Assembly: GCA_963749595.1 (NCBI GenBank)
Contig: CAVVNJ010000002.1
Coordinates: 96,606 to 160,605, forward strand
Reading direction: 5' to 3'
DNA: 64,000 nt
Source of the DNA: Candidatus Woesebacteria bacterium
GTDB lineage: Bacteria > Patescibacteriota > Microgenomatia > UBA1400 > UBA1396
Numbering within the stretch: position 1 is the first letter of the stretch; each line of letters begins with the position of its first letter. Below the pieces are notes generated by a model. The model was not told the DNA's origin. It worked only from the letters and a program-made list of their open reading frames with translations, and did not search any database. A program made the translations under genes and the position numbers. This document shows positions 18,369-27,964 of the stretch, one piece after another.

Positions 18369-18397
18369 ATTATATAGGATTTTTGCCGTTATGTCAG
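18369..18397 (-). promoter_or_regulatory. rnpB promoter
   Basis: On the minus strand: CTGACA, 17 nt, TATAAT, then about 7 nt to the GGCGATC start of the RNA. It overlaps the 3' end of the AI-2E gene. Confidence 0.6.
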
Positions 18398-19438
18398 CTT
18401 GGAAAAGTCGGAAAAAGGACCCCGGTCCGGCCAGAGTTCCTGGACCACCGAACGAACCGTAATATAGAACGGGATGATCAGCAGCGCGCCCATCACTCCC
18501 AGAAGACTAAATCCGGCCAGCATTAGCAAGATCGTGGTTACCGGACGAACGTCGACCGCCTCCTTCATAATTTGAGGTACGATCAAGTTATTTTCCAATT
18601 GCTGAACCAGAATCGAAAGCAGTAATACCGCCAAACCCATAAACGGGCTAACTAAGAAGAAGCCGACCAAAATTGCCGGAACCGCCGCGATGGTTGGTCC
18701 CAAGTTCGGCAGAATTTCCAGCAATCCGGCCAAGATCGCCAATGGCAAAGCGTACGGAATACCCAACAAGGCCAGTCCGACATAGGTCAACACGCCGATG
18801 ACAGTCATCAGGGACAATTCGCCCCGCACCCAACTGCCGAGCTGGTGCTGAATGCGCGCCATAATTCGCTTGGCTTTGGCAGCCTGCTCAAGCTTTGACC
18901 CGGGCAGGAGCCAAGCGTAAGACAATGCCAGATTATCGAAAGACAATAAAATATAAAAGGTTAGAACCAAAGTCGTCGCGAAAATAAAGACAAAAGAAAA
19001 GGTTGAAAAAACTACCTGCAGGACGGCATTGATGGACCCACCGATCTGATTCAACAATGAACTGTAATCGCGGAATGACGAACTTAGGCGGGAAATATCC
19101 AAACTGGCAATACCGTCCAGCTGCAGCTCGTTAACCCCGATCAAGCCGGAGATTCTAATGATTAGTTGGGTGGTTTCGGTAACCAGTGGCGGAATAAGTA
19201 AGGAGAGAATTACCGACAGAGCCACCAGAATAATGATATAGAGGAAGGTAATCGTCAGCGGCCGGGGAATACGCCTTTTATTGCCCCACTCGACCACCGG
19301 ACGCATGGCCGAAGCTAAAATCAGACAAACGAAGAAGATCATTACTAGACCGCGCAACTGCCAGGTTAAAAGCAGGGAAAGGAGCAACCCAGCGATGAGG
19401 AAAAAAGGCGTTATAATTGACGAGAAACGCGTGCTCAT
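18389..19438 (-). CDS. AI-2E family transporter (PerM/YhhT-like)
   Basis: 349 aa with about 8 TM segments and the typical family layout (LLEILPNLGPTIAAVPA). Confidence 0.8.
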   Translation of the reverse strand: MSTRFSSIITPFFLIAGLLLSLLLTWQLRGLVMIFFVCLILASAMRPVVEWGNKRRIPRPLTITFLYIIILVALSVILSLLIPPLVTETTQLIIRISGLIGVNELQLDGIASLDISRLSSSFRDYSSLLNQIGGSINAVLQVVFSTFSFVFIFATTLVLTFYILLSFDNLALSYAWLLPGSKLEQAAKAKRIMARIQHQLGSWVRGELSLMTVIGVLTYVGLALLGIPYALPLAILAGLLEILPNLGPTIAAVPAILVGFFLVSPFMGLAVLLLSILVQQLENNLIVPQIMKEAVDVRPVTTILLMLAGFSLLGVMGALLIIPFYITVRSVVQELWPDRGPFSDFSKLT

Positions 19439-19455
19439 TGCGTTCAGTATACCGT

Positions 19456-20112
19456 ATGTTACAACTCGACATCATCACTATTTTTCCCGAATACTTTGCC
19501 TCGGTTTTGACCACCAGTATTCTGGGCAAAGCCCTGGCCGAAAAAAAAGCCGTGGTTAAAGTTCATGACTTGCGGCCGTTTGGCGTCGGCAAACATCAGC
19601 TGACCGACGACCGTCCCTATGGCGGCGGTGCGGGAATGGTCATGCTGGTCGAGCCGATCGACCGGATCTTATCCCAACTGCGCTACCAAAAAGGCACCCC
19701 TCAAGAGCAAATTTTATTAACTTCGGCCAAAGGAAAACTTTTTACCCAGAGAATGGCCCAAGAACTTAGCCAATTAAATAGGGTTTGCTTAATTTGCGGC
19801 CATTATGAGGGTGTAGACGAGCGGGTCGCCCAATATTTGGTTGACGCCGAAATCCGAATTGGTGATTACGTTTTAACCGGCGGCGAACCGGCGGCAGCGG
19901 TCATTATTGACGCCCTCGTCCGGTTGCAGCCAGAGGTTTTGGGTAATGCCGCCAGTCTCCAGGGCGAGTCACACGAACAACCCGGAGTTTTGGCTCATCC
20001 GCAGTATTCCCGGCCAGCGGATTATAAAGGGTGGTCGGTTCCGGAAATTTTGCTCAGTGGTAATCATCGTCAAATCGAAGATTATCGCCAAGAAAACAGG
20101 GGCCAAGCCTAA
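19456..20112 (+). CDS. trmD: tRNA (guanine37-N1)-methyltransferase
   Basis: MLQLDIITIFPEYF...DDRPYGGGAGMVM...CGHYEGVDERV. The internal Met is preferred over the track start at 19417. Confidence 0.93.
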   Translation: MLQLDIITIFPEYFASVLTTSILGKALAEKKAVVKVHDLRPFGVGKHQLTDDRPYGGGAGMVMLVEPIDRILSQLRYQKGTPQEQILLTSAKGKLFTQRMAQELSQLNRVCLICGHYEGVDERVAQYLVDAEIRIGDYVLTGGEPAAAVIIDALVRLQPEVLGNAASLQGESHEQPGVLAHPQYSRPADYKGWSVPEILLSGNHRQIEDYRQENRGQA

Positions 20113-20525
20113 CGACGGCGACGCAACTGCAACTCGGAAGCATCCGGCAGGTCCAGGGCAAAATCGATCGGTGGGAAAGCCAAAGTAAAGCTAGTTGGGT
20201 CGGCCGCTTTAATTTCTCCGGACAATTGGTCAAAACGACGATCAATTTCCGAAGTACTTCCCACTACTGCCAGAGGAGAGGGGGAGGGTGTGCCGGCCTG
20301 CTGCTGTTCCCGTCCGCGGTTATACATCAGGGTCACCACAAAGAGACCAAACATCACCGGCACGGCGATGAGTAAAATCAACAAAGGTGACCGCCTGCGG
20401 GACGGACTGGCCGCAACTGCCGCTTTAACTCGGTCGGTCGGCAAGATCAAAGCCTCCTCAGCAAACCGGGTTTGATCCAATGAGCGGTCGTCGATAACTT
20501 CGTTTTCTTGATCGTTTTCGTTCAT
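20109..20525 (-). CDS. hypothetical single-pass membrane protein
   Basis: 138-aa ORF with one TM (LLILLIAVPVMFGLFVVTLM). It overlaps the upstream gene by 4 nt. Confidence 0.55.
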   Translation of the reverse strand: MNENDQENEVIDDRSLDQTRFAEEALILPTDRVKAAVAASPSRRRSPLLILLIAVPVMFGLFVVTLMYNRGREQQQAGTPSPSPLAVVGSTSEIDRRFDQLSGEIKAADPTSFTLAFPPIDFALDLPDASELQLRRRR

Positions 20526-21346
20526 AAACCCTTGACTATTTCCTTGAGGAACGATTCCGCTTGGCGAATTTGAATGTAGATGGGATCAACTTTAGTTTGG
20601 AAAGTCCGGTACGAATCTGCCGAGACGAAAGAACCGGCCGTCTTGCGTTGGGTCGCCAAAATCTCAGCCAAATCATTGCGCGCTTGCTGGAGCAACCGAT
20701 CGGTCTCCTGCAAACCCCGCAACTTGATCGCCCGGTCGGCGGCGGAAAGATTGGCCGCGTTAACCCAGCCCTCCATATCCTGCCGTAGTACGGAAGCCGT
20801 GTCGATCACCGTCTGCAATTCACCAATTTTAATCACTTCTAAAGCACCATAAGCCGCGGTCAGGTACTGCCGTTGACTCTGGTTGAACTGGGTCAAATGG
20901 CGATGCACATCGTCCCGGGTATAAAGGGAGGGAATGCGGTCTTTATAAACCGCTAATTCCGCTAAGTTTTCGGCAATTTCGTTTAATACTCGAGTTTTAT
21001 CGCCAACTTCAACGCCGCGGGTTTGCTGCAGAAAAAGGTGTAAATAGGTGAAATAGGTACTTAGCAATTCCGATCGGGAAAGCAAAAAATCCTTACCCCG
21101 CCTGATTGCCTCGTCCTGGGCAGCCAGGGTGTTTAATTGAAAATAGGTCTCGCGAGAAATAACGAATTTCTGTTCGTCGTCGCGGTATTTTTCCACCGTG
21201 GCGAAAAATTCCTTCGTGGTGGCTTCCAATAAGCTCGGATCAACCGCGGCCTCGGTCACTTCTTGGGCTCTAACCGCTGGACGCAACCAGACCAGTCCAG
21301 CGAAAAAAATAAACAGCGATGCCAACCAGAAGCGTGAAGCGCGCAC
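20522..21346 (-). CDS. hypothetical secreted helical protein
   Basis: 274-aa ORF with an N-terminal signal/anchor (FWLASLFIFFAGLVWL). Confidence 0.55.
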   Translation of the reverse strand: MRASRFWLASLFIFFAGLVWLRPAVRAQEVTEAAVDPSLLEATTKEFFATVEKYRDDEQKFVISRETYFQLNTLAAQDEAIRRGKDFLLSRSELLSTYFTYLHLFLQQTRGVEVGDKTRVLNEIAENLAELAVYKDRIPSLYTRDDVHRHLTQFNQSQRQYLTAAYGALEVIKIGELQTVIDTASVLRQDMEGWVNAANLSAADRAIKLRGLQETDRLLQQARNDLAEILATQRKTAGSFVSADSYRTFQTKVDPIYIQIRQAESFLKEIVKGL

Positions 21347-21380
21347 AATAGAAGTTTAGCAGATTTCCCAACCAAAATGG

Positions 21381-22110
21381 CTAGGCTTTTTCCGAAGCGA
21401 GCGCCTTTTCCCGGGCAAAAACCGTCGCCTCATAGAGCGATTCAAAAGTACCGGTGTCCAACCAACGACCATTGACTTGGGCCACATCCAAAGTACCTTC
21501 CTGTAGATACACCATGTTTAAATCGGTGATTTCCAACTCACCTCGGGGCGAAGGCTGAAGATCTTTCGCTTTTTGGATCACTGAGTTGTCGTAAATATAC
21601 AATCCGGTCACGGCGTAGTTAGATTGCGGGTTCTCCGGTTTTTCGATAATTGAGATCGCTTTATTACTTTTGTCAAACTCCACCACCCCAAAGCGCTCCG
21701 GGTCCGGAACTTGCTTGGCAAAGATTCGGGCTCCAGACCGAAATGTCTGGATGGGTTGGGTAAAATCGTCCTCAAAAAGGTTATCGCCGAGAATCATGGT
21801 CACGTTGTCGTCGCCGATAAAGTTCTCACCAACCAATGAACGCTTGGGCTAGACCTTCCGGCTTGTCCTGAATTTCATAAGTAAATTTGCAGTCAAAGTC
21901 TTTGCCACTGCCCAGCAACTTCAAAAAGTCACCGGCGTGATCAGGAGCCACGATAAACAAAATGTCGCGAATTCCCGCCTGGCGGAGAGTGTTGAGCGGA
22001 TAATAAACCATCGGCTGGTTGTAGATCGGCAACAACTGCTTGCTGGTCACTTTGGTCAGGGGACGAAGACGAGTACCGGAACCCCCGGCCAGGATAATAC
22101 CTTTCATCAT
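21381..22110 (-). CDS. rfbA: glucose-1-phosphate thymidylyltransferase, one frameshift near 21835
   Basis: The N-terminal ORF carries [18 protein letters not shown]...GLAQAFI. It continues as [11 protein letters not shown]...LEITD in ORF 21381..21836. Confidence 0.85.
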
Positions 22111-22124
22111 AGGATTCTAGATTA

Positions 22125-23520
22125 TCACAAAACATTCGGCTGCCAAGGCGTCGCCAGGTTGGCGCGGTTGCCGGAACGCCAAAAATGACCTCTTACCAGA
22201 CAAGCTTGAGCCAACTCCCCAGCACAATCCCCCCAGTTATTCCAGTCGATGCCACTAAGATTTAATTGCCGCCGTTGCGCCGAGGCGCGAATTTTGGTCG
22301 CCGTATCATTTTTACCAGCCAACCATGAACCTACTGGCGTCCGGTCAAGCTCGATCCCATTCTGAGCCCGCAAAACCAACTGGGCACCGTTATTGTTTAG
22401 TGATAGTTCGGTCGTGACCCAATCCGGATCGCGCGCTAGCTCCGTGTTGGCGCCGCCGCGGCGGCCAATGATAATCAGACCGTAGGGTTCCAAAAATAGA
22501 TCTACGTTAACCAGCAGCGTCCCTCCCGCCACGGCGGCGCCCTCAATCTTTAAACCGCGTAAGTTAAAACGCTGGGTCGGTTAAATTGGCCAACTCTAAC
22601 CATTCGTCAAAATCCAAGCCAAGATCGCCACGAAAACTACCCGCCCACATGATCTCGGAAATCACCACCTCGCCTGGCAGAGTCGGCTTTTCACTCGGCG
22701 GCAAAATCACCGGGGCATACTGTCCGCTCGGTTGGCTGGCAAAAAGATTACGGCCACGCCAAGAATACTTGGGTACATTCAACTCGGCCCAGTCGACTAG
22801 CTGGCAATCAGCACCATGATCAAGCGGATAGGCCAGTGACGATCGGGAAGTGCACCCCGATACCGGTCGAACCTGACTCGGAGCAGTCGGAGTAAACATC
22901 GTGCTCGACACCAACCGATTCCAACCTCGCTCCATACTAGAAATTACACCGGTTTCTCCCCAAGACTCACTGACCGCTAAACTCCGGTCAGGAAAATCAT
23001 TCGGACGAAAAGCACTGGCCGTTCCCAGAATCACTTGATCCCCAACGCTGGGAAAAAAGACGTCCAACCGCATCGGCTTTTTCTCCGACCAGTAGAGCGC
23101 GATCCGATCGCCGTCGCTTGTGAGACTAAATCTCTGTTCACCGGAATAGCTAGCCGTCAACCAAGGTTTTTCCAGATAGGCCGAATAGCTGCTGACCGGA
23201 ATCTCAATCGCCAACGGCGCCGGACAGGGGACGCTGAGGGCAAAACTGGCTCGCGCTTGATCGGTCGAAGATTCGAATAAAGTGGCTTCCGGCGTTGACT
23301 GAGTCGTTACCGCTCCCGCCTCTATTGGATACCCTGACAGGAGACCGCTGCACTCGGCCCCGCTCACCGGTATCTGCCAAGCCGGGGAACCGATGATAAA
23401 ACCCGTTTCCTCAATCCGCACCGACTCGGCGAAACCGTGCGCCCGCTGCCAACTCATCAGAAACAGAACCAGAGCGGAAAAGAGGGCGTACCACCACCAG
23501 CTACCTAACAAGTTCTCCAT
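22125..23520 (-). CDS. secreted protein with C-terminal lamin-tail domain (LTD), one frameshift near 22555
   Basis: VVISEIMWAG...DEWLELANLTDP in ORF 22564..23529 continues as FNLRGLKIEGAAVAGGTLLV...LNNNGAQLVL in the frame of ORF 22125..22532. The join lies at a T-run. Confidence 0.6.
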
Positions 23521-23713
23521 AATCCTCACTTTTCAGTCCGTGATCCAGGTCCCGTAGTTCCCATAGGGTAAGGAAAACGAGCGGGAGCATTGCCAGCAGG
23601 AAAAACCGCTTTGGCGTCACTAACCAGCTTGGTTGTAACGCCAAAGCGGCGGCGCAAATACCCATCAAGTAAAGCCAGAGACTGATTTTGCTGATCAGGG
23701 CAACTTGCTTCAT
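23501..23713 (-). CDS. small two-TM membrane protein, hypothetical
   Basis: 70-aa ORF packed tightly between the TasA-like and LTD genes. Confidence 0.45.
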   Translation of the reverse strand: MKQVALISKISLWLYLMGICAAALALQPSWLVTPKRFFLLAMLPLVFLTLWELRDLDHGLKSEDYGELVR

Positions 23714-23715
23714 GC

Positions 23716-24333
23716 TTACTCCGCAATCGATCCGTCCAAGATAAAGCGGACACTGGAGGTTACCTTACCCATTACTTCTTCACCAATCGGGCTCCCAGCC
23801 ACCAACAGTCCGGCGCCATCCGGATCAACCGGGTAATTGTTCGGTACCTGGTAGGTCAACTCAAAGTGCCGCTTCTGATTGATGTTGATCGTTGAGGCCG
23901 GAATCGAAATCGCGCTATCAACTAGCTCACCCAGAGTGTTAAAACCAGTGTTACTGCCATATTGGGAATCAATATCTTTTAGATCCACCTCAACCAACGA
24001 TTTGACGGCTTCCCAATCCTGATCCCCGGGCGCCACGCGTAGTTTCACCCGCAGCGTTTGATCAGGGGAGGCGTTCCACAGCCAAAACCGCTTTTTCACC
24101 GCGGTCATCCCTGGATACATCGTCGACAAGCCCTCAAAACCGATCGCGTTCTGGAAGCTCGCATCGTCCGGCGCCGTCGCTTGCTCCAGGGCTACCTTTA
24201 AATTGGGGCTGGCCACACTGAAGGTCATACCTTGCATCTGCGCTTCCGGATAGAAAAGCGCAAAGGCGGTGGTGGCTACCATTCCATACAGAGCCAGCAT
24301 CGCCCCGGCGCCAACTAACCAACGTTTGGTCAT
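23716..24333 (-). CDS. TasA/camelysin-like secreted protein (SipW-type signal peptide class)
   Basis: N-terminus MTKRWLVGAGAMLALYGMVATTAFALF followed by a beta-rich body of about 180 aa. The family call rests on signal-peptide style and size only. Confidence 0.5.
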   Translation of the reverse strand: MTKRWLVGAGAMLALYGMVATTAFALFYPEAQMQGMTFSVASPNLKVALEQATAPDDASFQNAIGFEGLSTMYPGMTAVKKRFWLWNASPDQTLRVKLRVAPGDQDWEAVKSLVEVDLKDIDSQYGSNTGFNTLGELVDSAISIPASTININQKRHFELTYQVPNNYPVDPDGAGLLVAGSPIGEEVMGKVTSSVRFILDGSIAE

Positions 24334-24438
24334 AAACTCCTTTCGTTACTGGAAAAGAGCATGACAGCCAATTCTTACCAAAATCTAACCAAAGATTGTG
24401 ATAACGATGATTATTCGGTATAATTCGAGGATTGTTTT

Positions 24439-24511
24439 GGCCCCATCGTATAGTGGCCTAGTACGATGCCCTCTCACGGCATAAACTCCGGTTCAAATCC
24501 GGATGGGGTCA
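24439..24511 (+). tRNA. tRNA-Glu (anticodon CUC)
   Basis: Manual cloverleaf: acceptor GGCCCCA/TGGGGTC, anticodon stem ATGCC/GGCAT with loop CTCTCAC, and T-arm TCCGG-TTCAAAT-CCGGA. CCA is not encoded. A TTGTGA-17-TATAAT promoter lies upstream. Confidence 0.9.
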
Positions 24512-24559
24512 CTTACTTAATCTCAATGCTTCAGATCTCAGGCATGCTATACTCATTTT

Positions 24560-24859
24560 ATGAATGTTTACTTGAGTAAGCTCCAGAATCAGAGAAGCAA
24601 AACCATGTATGAAAAACAGGGTATAAAGTACGTTGGCCTTTTCGGTTCCGTTGCTCGGGGTGAGGAGAGTCAAGATAGCGACGTCGACGTTTTAGTTGAT
24701 TTCGATAAACCCAGAACTTTATTTGATCTCGCTGATATTCAATTTCATCTTGAGGAGAGCCTGGGTAAAAAGGTAGACCTCGTAACTAGAAAAAGCCTCA
24801 AGTCACAGCTTAGGCCCTATATCGAACAAGATCTGATTACCGTTTATGAAAAAAACTGA
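24560..24859 (+). CDS. MNT-type nucleotidyltransferase (antitoxin-like)
   Basis: GLFGSVARGEESQDSDVDVLVDF motif. TGcTATACT lies 6 nt upstream of ATG 24560. Confidence 0.8.
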   Translation: MNVYLSKLQNQRSKTMYEKQGIKYVGLFGSVARGEESQDSDVDVLVDFDKPRTLFDLADIQFHLEESLGKKVDLVTRKSLKSQLRPYIEQDLITVYEKN

Positions 24860-24911
24860 TTCCGTTTACCTCGAAGATATGAAGGCTGCCATCGGCGCTG
24901 GCCAAAATTAA
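24846..24911 (+). pseudogene. remnant of the partner HEPN/DUF86 gene (first ~21 codons only)
   Basis: MKKTDSVYLEDMKAAIGAGQN* overlaps the MNT stop, as in intact MNT-HEPN pairs. No continuation is found in any frame downstream. Confidence 0.4.
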
Positions 24912-24993
24912 TTTTGCTGCCTGATATATGGTCGTATAGATTCTTCCAAATAGCACCGTCGATATTGTGCGATAATAACCACCCCGAGCAACT

Positions 24994-25512
24994 ATGAACC
25001 AAACCAACATCAGTGAATTCTGGACTTCCTCCGACGGCATCACCGCCAAGTTTACCTGGATTTCCGACGCTAATCTTTCCAACTATACCCCTTACTTTCA
25101 GGTACGCGGAATTTGTTTTGATCATCAGGGCCGTATCCTCATCATCAATGAAGGCTCCGGCTGGACCATCCCCGGAGGCACTCCCGAAATTGGGGAATCA
25201 GCCGAAGAAACCCTGCGCCGCGAGCTGATTGAAGAAGCCGACGTTGAGCTCTCGCTCTGTCTCCCCTTGGGCGTACAAAAAGTTGACGTGGAGAATAATC
25301 CCAATCTCAAAGAAGGGGATCGGTCCTATCAATATCGATTTATTGGTTTGGTCGATAAGATTGCTCCCCAAACGCCGGATCCGGACAATGGTCGGGTTCA
25401 CGAACGAAAATTTGTGCCTGCTTTGGAAATTACTGATTGGGTGAAGTGGGGAAAAACCGGGGCGGCAATGTTTGCCGAGGCAATTCAGGCTTATCTGGAA
25501 ATTATTGTCTAA
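24994..25512 (+). CDS. NUDIX hydrolase
   Basis: Nudix box GGTPEIGESAEETLRRELIEEADV. Confidence 0.85.
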   Translation: MNQTNISEFWTSSDGITAKFTWISDANLSNYTPYFQVRGICFDHQGRILIINEGSGWTIPGGTPEIGESAEETLRRELIEEADVELSLCLPLGVQKVDVENNPNLKEGDRSYQYRFIGLVDKIAPQTPDPDNGRVHERKFVPALEITDWVKWGKTGAAMFAEAIQAYLEIIV

Positions 25513-25544
25513 TCAGCTCCCTTGCACTCGCTTCCGCCAATACT

Positions 25545-26633
25545 CTAGTCGTTGCCATGACGGTAGGCGCGAACATAACTGGTCGCCCCGTTATTACGGG
25601 TCGGCAATAACCACTGACTATCTTCTCTCAATTTTAAGTAGTCTGCCTTTACCTTTTCCCAATTCTGGAAAGCGGCTAAACCTTGTGGGTGAGTGGCGTA
25701 AGAATCTAGTCCGTCGATGGTACGACACACTATAGTCCGTACCGTTTGCTCGCCACTATACCAATCGCGTGGCGTCCATTCCACTTCCATCATTTCCTCT
25801 TGATAGACATTGAAAGGAAAAACCGTTCGCAACCAGCGAAAGACAAAATGATCAAAACCCATGGTCTCCCCATCCCAGTTGATGTTGTATGGAGATTGCG
25901 GATTATAACTGGCTAAATTAATGCAACCAGCACTGCCAAAATATCCGCGAGTAATCTCCGACCAAGGCTTCCAGGGCGCACCGTGAAACGCCTTGCCTTC
26001 CGCCCGGTTATAGTAGGCCACAAAAGGCACCCCATGCAGAGTATTCATGTTGCGGGTAACCCGCAGGCTGTTAATGTGGTATTCAGCGGGGTAGGTAGAA
26101 CTCGATTGGTAATTGCCACCCAATCCGACCGGAAAATAGGCCACAATCTTATCTTTTTCCAATAACATTCCCTCCGGATAATAACCGTTGAACAGAACGA
26201 CGATCTGTTTGTCCGGATTTTGGGTATCAGAATTCACCGATAATGGAGTGAAATTCGTTAATTCCTGAAAATCGGCCCGCCGAACAAAGACTTCAAGCTT
26301 TCCATCTTCTTTGGTGAAAGGTAAATAAAAACCGTTATCCGGATGAACCCGAACAAATTCAGCGTTATCCGGCAAGATCTCTCCTGAGATTATGGCTCCG
26401 GCTAAGATTTCATGCCGCGGGGTAAAGAACGAGTCCTCGGTAGGATGTGCATATACCGCCACGCCGGTTTCTTTCGCCAACAAGTAAACTACCGGGGGCA
26501 GAGTCTTCTCTTTGGAGGCTAATTTTTCCGGATCGGGTAACCCACGAAAACCCAATAAAGCCTCGGCACCTAGGGCGGCAGTTATTGTCAAAAAATTGCG
26601 ACGGCTAAAACGTTCCTGGGAAAATTTCGGCAT
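25545..26633 (-). CDS. L,D-transpeptidase (YkuD-fold) with Tat-type signal
   Basis: RRNFLTITAALGA signal. Catalytic region HG...GSAGCINL. Confidence 0.78.
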   Translation of the reverse strand: MPKFSQERFSRRNFLTITAALGAEALLGFRGLPDPEKLASKEKTLPPVVYLLAKETGVAVYAHPTEDSFFTPRHEILAGAIISGEILPDNAEFVRVHPDNGFYLPFTKEDGKLEVFVRRADFQELTNFTPLSVNSDTQNPDKQIVVLFNGYYPEGMLLEKDKIVAYFPVGLGGNYQSSSTYPAEYHINSLRVTRNMNTLHGVPFVAYYNRAEGKAFHGAPWKPWSEITRGYFGSAGCINLASYNPQSPYNINWDGETMGFDHFVFRWLRTVFPFNVYQEEMMEVEWTPRDWYSGEQTVRTIVCRTIDGLDSYATHPQGLAAFQNWEKVKADYLKLREDSQWLLPTRNNGATSYVRAYRHGND

Positions 26634-26753
26634 GTACTAAGGTTACATAATTAAATTAGGAATTGATACTCACAGCTATAATATCCTGGTTCCGGTCGTA
26701 AGTCCTGTCATTAGGGTGTTGATCCGTAGGTTCAGCGCAATTCGAAAATATCT

Positions 26754-27701
26754 TCAATCCCATTCCCAATCAAGCCAGTCCACAGTGTGACCGAAGTCGT
26801 AGGAAGCGCGACAGACATTTCTAATCAACTGCAAACAGCGCTCGGTCAATGGTTGGGTAGCAACCAGTTCCCCACCTAAATTTAAAGTGATCGTTTCCTC
26901 TACTAGCAGCTGATCATCGGGAAGGTAAGGAACTTCGGTATCACTAGTCAGCTGTTTATGATAAACCACTGTGTCTTGGCAATAAGTCTGACCGATTTTC
27001 AAACCTAACAGATTTAAGAGGCTATCGCTATTACACTCGCTGGCGCTAACTCGGGCAACATGCTTACCCTGCTCAACCAGCAAGGCGGGATTTCCCTGGT
27101 AACAAACCAGTGGGCTATCGCCGCCAAAGTAGTAAACATGTTGTTGCCGATGTTGATTGACGACGATTTTTTCCAATATCCACTGATCGCTGTTACCAAT
27201 TCGGTGGGCAATCAATCGTACTGTTTCCACGTCTCTGCTGTGAGGGTAGGCTGTGGTTCCCAACTCCATCATCACATCCAGTCTGGGACGAACCGCCAGG
27301 AAGGTGCCAAAAACCAATCCGATCCCGCTATTACCATAATCCTCGGCATAGGTAACAGAGTAAGTGCTAACCATGGTGTTCTCATCGGCGCTAAGGGCCA
27401 CCTGCCAAACTATGTCGATGTCTCGTTCGGGGACGGCCTCTTCTTCCCGATCATAAAACCAAAAAGGTTCCATCTGATTAGCGACCGCCACGGTATTGTT
27501 AATATCGGGAATAGTATAGGTTGGCGCCCCGCATTTTTCCGTTTCCCGCCAGTCACCCATATTCGGATTCCACCGGCTATCCAGCGCTTCACGAGTACAG
27601 GCCAAGAGAGAGAAAATCAGCAAACCATCGGCGCAACGGCGGAGCAAGGAACGGGAAATCTCGCTGCGCTTGGTCCAAGCTTCGCCGATTTTTCGCCTCA
27701 T
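26754..27701 (-). CDS. hypothetical lipoprotein
   Basis: 315-aa ORF with a lipobox-like LLAC after a hydrophobic stretch. Confidence 0.5.
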   Translation of the reverse strand: MRRKIGEAWTKRSEISRSLLRRCADGLLIFSLLACTREALDSRWNPNMGDWRETEKCGAPTYTIPDINNTVAVANQMEPFWFYDREEEAVPERDIDIVWQVALSADENTMVSTYSVTYAEDYGNSGIGLVFGTFLAVRPRLDVMMELGTTAYPHSRDVETVRLIAHRIGNSDQWILEKIVVNQHRQQHVYYFGGDSPLVCYQGNPALLVEQGKHVARVSASECNSDSLLNLLGLKIGQTYCQDTVVYHKQLTSDTEVPYLPDDQLLVEETITLNLGGELVATQPLTERCLQLIRNVCRASYDFGHTVDWLDWEWD

Positions 27702-27729
27702 TTAAATCGATTATACAGACCTGGGAAAT

Positions 27730-27921
27730 TTACCCCTGCCTGAACAGCCAAAAACCAATCGCCATGGCAATCAGCAAAATTACCAGAAAGAAAACGGTCC
27801 AAATTATTCCTCTGAGCTGTCCCCAAAACGGATAAGCAATCAATTCGGGTGAAAGAGGAGGGGGTTTGATTGATTTTGGTTGGATTTTTAAGGGAAAAGT
27901 TTGCATAGCCATTGGTGACAA
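27730..27921 (-). CDS. small membrane protein, hypothetical
   Basis: 63-aa ORF with a C-terminal TM (VFFLVILLIAMAIGFWLF). Confidence 0.4.
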   Translation of the reverse strand: MSPMAMQTFPLKIQPKSIKPPPLSPELIAYPFWGQLRGIIWTVFFLVILLIAMAIGFWLFRQG

Positions 27922-27964
27922 GCAGCGTCTGATTTCATTATAATGAATATACTAGCGCTTGCCT

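Noticed and set aside
18172-18526. Two overlapping plus-strand ORFs (96 and 80 aa)
   Set aside because: The region is the reverse complement of RNase P RNA (GAGGAAAGTCC and ACAGAATCTGGCTTATC). The open frames are a by-product of GC-rich structured RNA.
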